Positions 25,111 to 34,968 of a stretch of DNA of 64,000 bases are shown here, one piece after another. The DNA is from Carcharhinus amblyrhynchos (lineage: Eukaryota). The position numbers and the translations under genes were made by a program. Below the pieces are notes generated by a model that worked only from the letters and a program-made list of their open reading frames with translations, was not told where the DNA came from and made no database searches. The DNA is taken from NCBI GenBank assembly GCA_965287045.1, contig OZ336876.1, positions 85,932,001-85,996,000 on the forward strand, given 5' to 3'. The stretch's first letter is position 1, and the number at the start of each line of letters is the position of its first letter.

Positions 25111-25485
25111 GGGGAGGCGGTGGCATGATGGTATTGTCACTGAACTAGTAACTAGAGGCCCAAGGTAATGTTCTGGGAATCCAGGTTTGAAACCCACCAT
25201 GGCAATAATATCTGGAATTAAGAATCTACAAATTTACTGATGACCATGCAACCATTGTCAATTGTCATAAAAACCCATCTGGTTCATTCATGCCTTTAGG
25301 GAAGGAAAACTGGTATCCTTGGTCTGGTCTAGGTATGACTCTAAAATTTACAAGAATGTGATTCACTCTTAAATGCCCTCTGAAATGGCCGAGCAAATTA
25401 AGCACTGTGGGTGCACCTGCACCATATGGGGGCTGCAGCTATCCAAAAAGGCAGCTCACCGCCAATTCCCAAGTGCAATTAGGGA
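25111..25485 (+). mobile_element. Second tRNA-derived SINE family
   Basis: ggggaggcggtggcatgatggtattgtcactgaactag head. Shares aaaacccatctggttca…tttagggaaggaaa with 37385-38685. Confidence 0.75.
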
Positions 25486-25600
25486 GGAGAGATTTTTTTT
25501 TAAAAAACTTGTTTATCATAGGAGAAAATTGGCCTTGTATTTGTTCAGGTAAGTATGATCCACTGGGCTTTTTAAAAATTCATTCATTTAATTTGGAGAG

Positions 25601-25638
25601 TTCGCCTGACAAAGGGGCAAACCCCGAAAGCTTGCGAG
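25601..25638 (+). ncRNA. Hammerhead motif with a mutated core in a solo Penelope pLTR
   Basis: TTCGC-CTGACAA-A-GGGG CAAA CCCC-GAAA-GCTT-GCGAG. Same family as 19885-19922, with a G-to-A change in the core. Confidence 0.75.
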
Positions 25639-25728
25639 TTTACCATCAAATAAATCGGTTGGACATAAACCTGGCGTTGTCAGACTTACTGTGTTTACCC
25701 CAGTCCAACCCCAGCATCTCCACAGCAT
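25601..25728 (+). mobile_element. Penelope pLTR fragment
   Basis: Near-identical in inverted orientation to 19828-19922 (…caaataaatcggttggacataaacctggcgttgtcagacttactg). Confidence 0.8.
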
Positions 25729-25794
25729 GCCTAATGGGTCATGACAGCTGAACAAGTTGCATTCTAGAGCTTCTGAAGGTCCCTACAAGCCCAT

Positions 25795-26091
25795 GGGGTG
25801 GCATGGCGGTGCAGTGATTAACACTGCTGCCTCGCAGCTCCAGGGACCCAGGTTTGACTCCCAGCTTGGGTCACCGTTTGTGTGGAGTCTGCACATCCTC
25901 CCCATGTCTGCATGGGTTTCCTCCAGTGCTCCAGTTTCCTCCCACAGTCCGAAGGTGTGCTGGTTAAGTGCGTTGGCCGTGCTAAATTCTCTGTGTATCC
26001 GAACAGGCGCCAGAGCGTGGCAATTAGAGGATATTCACAGTAACCTCAATGCAGTGTTAATGTAGACCTACTTGTGACACACACAAATAAA
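25795..26091 (+). mobile_element. HE1-like SINE, tail B
   Basis: Matches the family by eye. Confidence 0.88.
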
Positions 26092-26673
26092 TATGATGAA
26101 AGTCTGTTCAGAGGTGGGGACAAGGTGTGATCTTGTAGAGTGGGAGGGAGGACTGCAAAGTTTTGAATGATGTGCATGAAATTTTGTGTTTAACAGAAAA
26201 AATTAAAAGTCTTCATTTAATTACCTATAGCAACATGGTGGATACCTCCAAGAACCTTGTCTAATTCACAGTGACACTTGGTGCCCAGAATCTGCAACTG
26301 CATGCTGAATTGACCATGTCTTTATATACTACAATGGCAATGGCTGGGCTACAAAAAAACATTAGGTGCTATGCCATTCTTCTCAATCCATCATGTGACG
26401 TTACATTTACAACCACCGCCAGGCATCTGGAGACCACATGCTATTTTTGATAGATATTGTGTGCATGCATGTCTCACCTAGCATATCTGAATGTGACTTT
26501 ACTCCATACCACATGGTTGACCCATGATGCTGCCTTCAGTTTGCTAGTGGGTAATTAGAATTGCTAAATTTTAGAACAACAAGGTGGACAACAAATATAG
26601 CCTTTACCACATTGGCTGCATCCTGAGAAAAATTCTAAGGTCCAAGCAAACTGCTGAGTTTGCAATAGTATGA

Positions 26674-26871
<198 letters not shown>

Positions 26872-27284
26872 TGAATGTGGGTTAGCATACAAGCTATTCC
26901 AACTTGTGAAAACTCAGAGGTTTATACAAAATAAACAGAAGAAGCATATACATAGTAAATATTCAGCATTGTTGGTGAGCATAGCTAAATTAACAGTGCA
27001 GGCTCCAGCTCTCTTTCAGAACTGAATATGAATTTGCATTTGAATAAAATCAGAATAAAGGTGAAGAAAATGATGAACGATTGCAACTGTATACACTGGG
27101 GAAAGAATATTTTTCTTGTTGTTTTGATTATTCTATTTTTGAATATCAGCATACAAATGAGAATCACCAGCATTCCATTCCCAAAAATTATCCAAAACAC
27201 AGACTGGGATTTTTCACTCCCACCCATGGCAGGTGTCATGACAGATGGGAGTGGGAAACGTCATGAGCACAGAAATCTGGTTTA

Positions 27285-27587
27285 TCATAGAATCATAGAA
27301 CCCTACAGTGCAGAAAGGCCCATCGAGTCTACACCAACCACAATCCCACCCAGGCCCTACCCCCATATCCCTACATATTTACCCACTAGCCTACACATCC
27401 TGAATACTAAGGAGCAATTTCTTAGCGTGGCCAATCAACCTAACCTGCACATCTTTGGACTGTGGGAGGAAACGCACGCTGACACGAGGAGAATGTGCAA
27501 AGTCCACACAGACAGTGACCCGAGCCGGGAATCGAACCCAGGACCCTAGAGCTGTGAAGCAGCAGTGCTAACCACTGTGCTACCATG
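27285..27587 (-). mobile_element. HE1-like SINE, tail A
   Basis: Matches the family by eye. Confidence 0.88.
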
Positions 27588-27656
27588 ACGTTTACATCAG
27601 TGGGAACACAGTTCTATTGTCCATTCCCACCTTCAATGCTGTTTCCTGATGCATAA

Positions 27657-28609
27657 GGCCCGATTCTCCCAAAAAAATTCTAAGTGCTGAATTGGTGGGA
27701 AAAAGGTGTAATTCACAACTGTGTTTTCAGTGGAAGTTCAGACTCGAATCTTCGCACTCTGTGCCCTGCAGAGGTCACAATTATGAATGTCATTAAAAAC
27801 CTGGGGGGCAGGGCCTATTCGCGCTAGAATCTGACAGCTCCAGAACTCTGTGCATGCGCAATGGTCCCAATCTGTCAATCTCCCTGTTCGCTGGCCAGTC
27901 TGGGACCCTCACCCTGCTGCCTCTATATCCCCTTCCATGATCTGATCGCAGCCTCCATGACCAATCCCAGGCCAGCCCTGATTCCCCTCCCATCTCAGAG
28001 CACCGCAATCTCCAGCACCTCTTTCCACCCCTCAGCAGTGATGATCACCCCACCCCTGATCACTGGCCTCCCTCCAGCCCCAACCAATTCTATCTGCAGA
28101 GTTGCAGCGGGAACCCTAATGCCCATCGATCAGCCCCTTGGCACTGCCTGATGCTCAATGGGCAGTGCCAATGTGTCCCCTGGGCATGGGCACTCTGCCC
28201 CTTGGGCAGTGCCAAGGGGCACAAGCTGGCAGCTCTGGGTTCCAATGCCCAGGGGCACTGACACAACCCCCCCACCCCCCACCCCCGAAGGGGAACCCCC
28301 CTTCACTCCAGTGGGGTCTCTCACTAGTTTGCCAAAGGTTGGGAGCTACTCCAAACCCTGCTGGAGTAAAATGCTCTCAGCGGGGTGGGAAATGCTATCA
28401 GGCCTGGAGGACTCAGTGCCGGGCCCAATAATCTCATTTAAAATAGATTTAAATCACTTACCTTGTCATCCCACTGGTTTCCACCTTGACTCCACCTGTT
28501 CTCCAGCTGTGAGAGGCGTGCATGTATCCCGAATCCCCCAAAATTGCCAACATGCATCTCCCAACCTGACACGCCACAAAACATGCACGTCAGGATGGGA
28601 GAATCAGGC
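27657..28609. mobile_element. Non-autonomous DNA transposon/MITE (PIF/Harbinger-like terminal repeats)
   Basis: ggcccgattctccc … gggagaatcaggc terminal inverted repeats around a GC-rich body. Related short elements at 6170-6300, 32874-33010 and 58560-58640, and right ends at 52190-52228 and 53338-53373. Confidence 0.6.
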
Positions 28610-29649
28610 ATATAATGTCAGGAAAGCCATTTGAACACATTTAAAATGTGATTGAATACTCATTATAAAGCTGACTTACTGTCATATCATCCCCCCCAAC
28701 ACTAGACCAAGAGGTCATGTCAGCGTCTAATTAGACTGACTTACTTCACAGTGATATATAGCAATGGGTATCTGGCGACCAGCACTTTGCTTGTGATTTT
28801 GAGGTTTGTTCACTTATCTTTCATCAAACAGTGCTCATGGCACCTTGACTTACAATGGCCTTCGCTGGCAGCATCGACCTCATTACTCTCAGTGGGTATC
28901 ACAGGCAAGGCGCTACTTGGATGAGTGCGTTCAGTATCTCATGTCAGAAGGCGTAGCCTCTTGCAATGTCTCTGCATCATTGCAGTCATCACAGAAGCCT
29001 GGTAATGGCAGGAACAACTCACAATCCTCAGTGCTCTGGTAGCTGTGTGCCCTCAATTTGACAAAGCTCCTCAAGGCAATCTACTGAACCGAAACAGGGC
29101 AATGAATCCTGTGTCGTCTCAGTGGCATAACTGAGACGTCACATTGGACCAAGGCAGCAGGGGACATTACACAGAACTAATTCCACTTTGACATCATGTG
29201 GCTCTTTCTGCCCCTTTCTCCTCTATCACATTGATATTCATGGATGTACGTTCATCCAAACATATCCCTGGATTTGGAGCATCTTAGAATTATGAAGTTC
29301 ACACAGTCAGTACACTAATTAAATACTCAATTTTAGCCACAGCTGAATGTCAATTAATCTTGTGACTTTTGCTTAATGTATTGGGACAATACTAATTAAC
29401 AGCATTCTAAATTCAGCCCCTTTAGTTCATCTAGTAAACTGTTTTGATATGAAAGTTAACTCTCATTAAATACTTCCAAAATGTATTTTGCCAAAAGCTT
29501 ATGAATCAATGAGTAAGTCATATCAAAGCACGTTTTAATTTGGCAATTGTTTCACAGCGTTCCCATCCTGTGCTAAGAGGTAAATACTTCTGCTTCTTTG
29601 ATGCGCTAGTATGCTGTGCTGTTCTGACTCATTTTTGCCACCTTTGCAG

Positions 29650-29827
29650 GTTGGAATGTTTAAAATACATCCAGACATTCCAGAATCAATGTCACCAGAG
29701 GCGAAGGACTTCATACTCCGCTGCTTTGAACCAGAACCCGACAAGCGCGCCACTGCTGCAGAACTGCTTTCAGATGAATTTCTGAAAGTTACCAGCAGAA
29801 AGAAAAAGACACAACTGAAACAACAAG
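29650..29827 (+). CDS. MAP3K5: MAP3K5 exon (178 nt), end of the kinase domain
   Basis: tttgcag|GTTGGA...CAACAAG|gtaacc. [59 protein letters not shown]. Confidence 0.95.
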
Positions 29828-30145
29828 GTAACCAAAGCAGAAACACTAGTTTCTCATTGCTGTGACATTCTAGAGATTCAAACTGTGAAGTCTTATGCTC
29901 TTTTGCTACTTTGATAGTGAGTTCTCTGTATCATGATAAGAAATGAAAGCAATACAGAATTACAGAACCTTCACAGTGCAGGAGGCCATTCAGCCCATTG
30001 AGTCTGCACTTTTAACTGCTGTCAAAGGTTAAAAATGTACCAGACATCGCAATCAAATTAGTAAATTAGCATTTTTGTAATTGTGTAAGTTTCCTTAAGC
30101 AATATTTTAATGGTAACTTATAAAATGGTAAAGAAAGGATATGAA

Positions 30146-30470
30146 AACATAGAATCTAGAATTCCTATAGTGCAGAAGGGGGCCATTCAACACATCAAGT
30201 CTGCACTGAACACAATCCTACCCAGGCCCTATTCCCATAACCCCATGCATTTATCATAGCTAGTCCCCCTGACACTAAGGGGCAATTTATCATGGTCAAT
30301 TCACCTAACCTACATATCTTTGGACTGTGGGAGGAAACCGGAGCACCCAAGGAAAACCCACGCAGACACAGGGGAGAATGTGCAAACTCCACACAGACAG
30401 TGACCCAAGCCAGAAATCGAATCTGGATTCCTGACGCTGACAGGCAGCAATGCTAATCACTGTGTTGCCC
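30146..30470 (-). mobile_element. HE1-like SINE, tail A
   Basis: Matches the family by eye. Confidence 0.88.
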
Positions 30471-31502
30471 TAAAATAACATACTTTACAATTAACCTATG
30501 TGCCCAAAGTTTAAAGAAAAACACCCTGAAAGTGAAAATTAATTGCCATTTTGAGGGAGAGCTGCACTGTCATAAGTGCCAATTTGCAGCTAGAATCAGT
30601 GCCCTGTACAATTTGATGAAGGACAGGGAGTTCAACTGTAACTGGTGAGTGTTTAGCTTTCAATGAGACTTACTGGCAGAAGATAGATTAACAAGTCATT
30701 TATCTCCTTGCTGTTTGCTGTGCTTAGTTACAAAACAGTAGTGACTACATATCAGAACTAATTAATTGGTTGGAAGTCACTTTTGGATGTCCTGACGATT
30801 TGAAAAGCTCTATAATTAATACAAGTTTGTACTTATTTCTAGTGTGAAGCAACCATTGCAGCTATGTTTTCATCCAAGAAGCATATATTTAACTTGTCGG
30901 GCTTAAAAGTTGATCTGTTTTTAGAATTCTAGTTCTCTGACACAAGTGAAGTAGATTTGGCAGGCGTCCTCTTAGATTTGGTTATGACCAGAGTACAAAC
31001 TGTTCTTGACATTGAAGGTTTTTGAATACTGTTGCTTAGTGCAAAGTGTGAAGAAATGTTTTGTTCTCATCATCCCTCTTCTTGCACAACACAGTCATCC
31101 TGTGTTTTGTAGATTTTTTTTTGAACTGGTGAAATAAGTGACCACTTGCTAAAACATCCATCTGCTAATGTACCCAAATCATTTGGAATTGCTCAGTCTT
31201 TGCCTGATGGGTGATGTAATTGTTTTTTTTCTAGAATCATTTCCCACACCTTGTTCTAGAAAGCCAATTAAAATTGTAGTACATTTTTGGAATGAGAAAA
31301 TCCATGTGAAGAAGCAAGCTCAGTCCTCGGTGGCTGACCCAACCCCAACGTATACCTTATCCCTCTTTTTGACAGTAAATTACCTTGTTATTACTTGGAT
31401 GCATTCCTTCAATTTCCATATGTTTATTACCCTTTGTATAACATAGTTCTGCATGAATTTTTTTAATTTTTAAAATCTTTTAAATTTTTTTGGTTTTATT
31501 TG

Positions 31503-31833
31503 TGGGCAGCATTGCTGCCTCACAGTGCCAGGGACATAAGTTCAATTCCCAACTTGGGTTACTGTTTGCGTGGAGTTTGCACGTTCTCCCTATGTCTGTG
31601 TGGGTTTCCTCTGGCTGCTCCAGTTTCCTTCCACACTCCAAAGATGTGCTGATCAGGTTGATTGGCCACGCTAAATTGCCCCTTAGTATCCCAGGATGCA
31701 TAGGTTAGAGGGATTAGCGGGGCAACTGTGTGGGGTTACGGGGATAGGGCCTGGGTGGGATTGTTGTTGGTGTGGACTCGATGGGCCAAACAGCCTCCTT
31801 CTATACTGTAGATTCACTGTATGATTTCTATGA
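31503..31833 (+). mobile_element. HE1-like SINE, tail A
   Basis: Matches the family by eye. Confidence 0.88.
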
Positions 31834-32248
31834 TGATTTTGTGTCAGGATCAATCTGGTCAAACCTCTTATAATTTTGAGACATTCTACTGTGCCACATT
31901 GATACAGTGAAGATTCTAATCATGACAGATCCCGCCCCGAATGACCTATGCTCAAAACGTAGTCAAACATGTTAATAAAATCTATAATATTATACTACAT
32001 TTCTGTTGATTCTCTGAATCCATGCGAGTCCCAACTTGTAATGTCCAACTTGAGTCAGGAGTGGAGCTAGAGGAGAAATGGTGATGAAGCTGCTGTTATT
32101 GCAGTAGGAGGTTTGGGAGCTGCTGGATGGCAGCTCCGTGTTGGGAAGAAGGTGATGTAAATTCAGAGGAGAAGGGTATATACCTGAATTTTTCTTCTGT
32201 GAGAAAAGTTGAGTAACTAGCCTCTGCTGAGATTCTATTTTCTTAATA

Positions 32249-32397
32249 GGGGGCGTTTAAGAGATCTCTGGATAGGTTTATGGACGAAAAGGGATTGGTA
32301 TAGGCTAGTGGGTCATTGTTTTTGTAACTGGTCGGCGCAACATCGTGGGCCGAAGGGCCTGTTCTGCGCTGTAATGTTCTATGTTCTATGTTCTATG
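32249..32397 (+). mobile_element. Short CR1 3' end with a TAATA target-site duplication
   Basis: …gtgggccgaagggcctgttctgcgctgta(atgttct)n. TAATA occurs at 32244-32248 and 32398-32402. Confidence 0.85.
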
Positions 32398-32423
32398 TAA
32401 TATTCCATTTATTCCCGATACAG

Positions 32424-32601
32424 ATTATCTACGCAGCATATCCCTTCCAGTTCCAGTTGTTGTGGAGGAATTGAGTAGTGGTAGTGAATTTGGCTCAGTT
32501 TCACCAGACTCCGACTTGAAGCAGGATCTATTCTTTTTCAAAACAAGGGCGAAATCCTGCATTGAAAAAGAGAACAAAGGATCTAGACCTTTGCTTCTCA
32601 G
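32424..32601 (+). CDS. MAP3K5: MAP3K5 exon (178 nt) with the RSISLP 14-3-3 binding motif
   Basis: gatacag|ATTAT...TTCTCAG|gtaaat. DYLRSISLPVPVVVEELSSGSEFGSVSPDSDLKQDLFFFKTRAKSCIEKENKGSRPLLL. RSISLP and KTRAKSC are ASK1-type motifs. Confidence 0.95.
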
Positions 32602-33084
32602 GTAAATAGCATTGTGTACATTCACGGCTATATAGATCCTCTTCGATACTGTTTTCACAGGGGTGAGGGTGCAAAATTCTTTTTTCTGAAAATCATTTTC
32701 CTCTTTCTGTCCTGAGCTTCTATTGCTTTGATTACACTGCATTTGCGTCAGCTAAATACAAAGATAACCCCTACATTTACCAGTGTTTGTCTACAATTGG
32801 CATTTTGGATGAAGCCAGATTCTGCACTTTATATCCCTGCGGGATAAATATCAAACAGTGTTGTTGAAGACATAGGGTGTGATTTTACTGGCCGTTTGCA
32901 CCACACTCCTGCTCCAGTGAGGTCGGAGAATTTAACAGCCAGCCAAATTCCATGTGCTGCGGCGGGATGGGAAAATCCCACCAGTGTGAATGATGGCAAG
33001 ATTTCGGCCTTATACTTTCCTTCCTGTCCCATGTTGTTCAGTGATGCAATCAGTTGGATTAATTCGCCTGACAGCCCTTTGCTC

Positions 33085-33600
33085 GCTGACCTCGTTCGCC
33101 CTCATCTGGAGCACTGTACGCAGTTTGGGTCCCCAAACGTAACGGATATAATTGCATTAGAAACAGTTCAGAGAACGTCACTCACCTTAATTGCTCAGAT
33201 GATAGGGGTTATCTTGTGAGGAAAATTTGAACAGGTTGAGCCTGTATCCATTAGAGTTTAGAAGATTGAGAAGTGATCCTATTAAAACATTAAAAGATTC
33301 TCAGAGGATGGATGCTGAGAGATGTTTCCTCTTATGAGCACAACAAGAACTAGGGGATATGGTTTAAAAATAAGAGGAAATGAGGAGAGATGTTTTTTCT
33401 CAATGTGGTTAGTCAGTGGAAGTCACTTTACCAAGGAGCAATTGAGACAGGGTCATCAAATATTTTTAAGGCTGAATTAGATCGATTCTTGATTGACAAG
33501 GGAGTTGAAGGGTATGGGGGTAGACATGAAAATGAATTTTAGGCCACAATCAGATCATGAACTTATCAAATGGTGGAGCAGACTTGAGGGACCAGATAGA
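33085..33600 (+). mobile_element. Old CR1 3' fragment
   Basis: LVRPHLEHCTQF…IIALETVQR remnant plus 3' UTR. Confidence 0.8.
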
Positions 33601-33917
33601 ACAAATATTTAAGAGCATGACCAGGCTATATATGAATCAGCCCCATGCACAGTAACCTCATTCTGCCATCATCCTGTGCACTCACTGACCATGTTCTCTC
33701 ATCTCCTCCTTTCTGACCTCATTCTCCAGGCATACCCTGTGCTCACTGATTGACGTTGTTAACCTTTCCTTGACAACACACCCCAATGGCCTTGCCCCTC
33801 TCAATCGTTGTAAAATCCTCCAGCCCTACAATATTCCAAGATCTCTGTGGTGCTCAGTCTCTGGCCTTCTGCACATCACAATTTCCTTTGGGTCACCACT
33901 GCAAACTACTCCTTGCA

Positions 33918-34157
33918 TTTTTATAATTTTTAAGTGTTATTCCTTTTTCAGACTTACAAAGCCAATACACAGAGTGGATGGGGCAAGTCCCTAATCCAAC
34001 TCCTTGTTTGCTGCAAAAGGCCAATTCAAATTCAAATCGGAAACAAATCATTATCCCCGTAAAAGAGACATACGAGATCCAAGCTGACAAGAACAGGCAT
34101 TACACTTCGTCTCATGCTTGACCTTTTGCATGATCTTAGCCAAAAAGCTGAGAACTG
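33918..34157 (-). pseudogene. U2 snRNA-derived sequence (retrocopy or SINEU-like element) with an internal insertion and A-rich tail
   Basis: The minus strand reads TTCTCAGCTTTTTGGCTAAGATCA (22/24 to U2 TTCTCGGCCTTTTGGCTAAGATCA), then a 23-nt insertion, then AAGTGTAATGCCTGTTCTTGTCAG (U2 AAGTGTAGTATCTGTTCTTATCAG). Later it reads GGAGTTGGATTAGGGACTTGCCCCATCCACTC (U2 stem III GGAGATGGAATAGGAGCTTGCTCCGTCCACTC). It ends in AAAAATTATAAAAA. Confidence 0.85.
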
Positions 34158-34706
34158 ACACTTTGCAATTTCCTTCTTAAATCGCTCCTCTCAACGCCGC
34201 CATATCTTTCTTTTAAGATGCTTTTTAAAACCTACCTATTTGATTACCTACCTTGATCACCTGTACGGATGTCATTGTGTTTAGCTTGGTGTCAAAATTC
34301 TGTCAAATTATGCACCTATGAAGCATCTTGGGACGTTGTACAAGTCAAGGGTAGTATTTTGTTTGTGCCGCACCCATATTTCTTCCCTAGATGTGCTTTT
34401 GTAAATTGAAGCAAATCGGAGCTATATCCATTAATACATTCCCAGTAAATAATGGCCTTAGAGCACTGTTGAACCCAATCATTTAGCACTTCCATAACAG
34501 TGATGGGATTACCAGAAATTTTACGTCTTGGTTTACAGAGCTCAGCCTTGTTAAAACTGAAGAGAACCGAAAAGTGGTGTTCCATCTTTGCAGGCAGATT
34601 GCCTGTCCCCTGCCAGCCCTCAAAACAAAACGCATAAACCCCAATCTGCCATGATGGCCTGCTAGAATCTGGGGAGCCTGCCTTCAAAACGTTAATCATC
34701 CTGAAG

Positions 34707-34968
34707 TCATAGAATCCCTACAGTACAGAAGGAGGCTTTTTGGCCCATCGAGTCTGTACCAACTACAATCCCACACAGGCCCTTTTCCCTAACCCTCATT
34801 TACCCCGCACATCTTTGGACTGTGGGAGGAAACCAGAGCTCCTGGAGGAAACGTGTGCAGACATGGGGAGAAAGTGCAAACTCCATACAGACAGTGACCA
34901 GAGGCTGGAATTGATCCCGGGTCCCTAATGCTGTGAGGCAGCAGTGCTAACCACTGTGCCACCGTGCC
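34707..34968 (-). mobile_element. HE1-like SINE, tail A, internally deleted
   Basis: Matches the family by eye. Confidence 0.85.

Noticed and set aside
27028-27549. 173-aa ORF and neighbouring ORFs 28138-28634 and 48243-48698
   Set aside because: They run through SINE, MITE or low-complexity sequence with no recognisable domain or splice-supported structure.
30925-30945. 21-nt AG/GT-bounded segment matching the expected microexon size
   Set aside because: In-frame TAG (G|AA TTC TAG) and a weak donor (CAA|GTGAAG).
33918-34157. Functional U2 snRNA gene
   Set aside because: Branch-recognition sequence altered, 23-nt insertion, disrupted Sm site, A-rich tail, and no visible snRNA promoter context (it is embedded in an L2 remnant).
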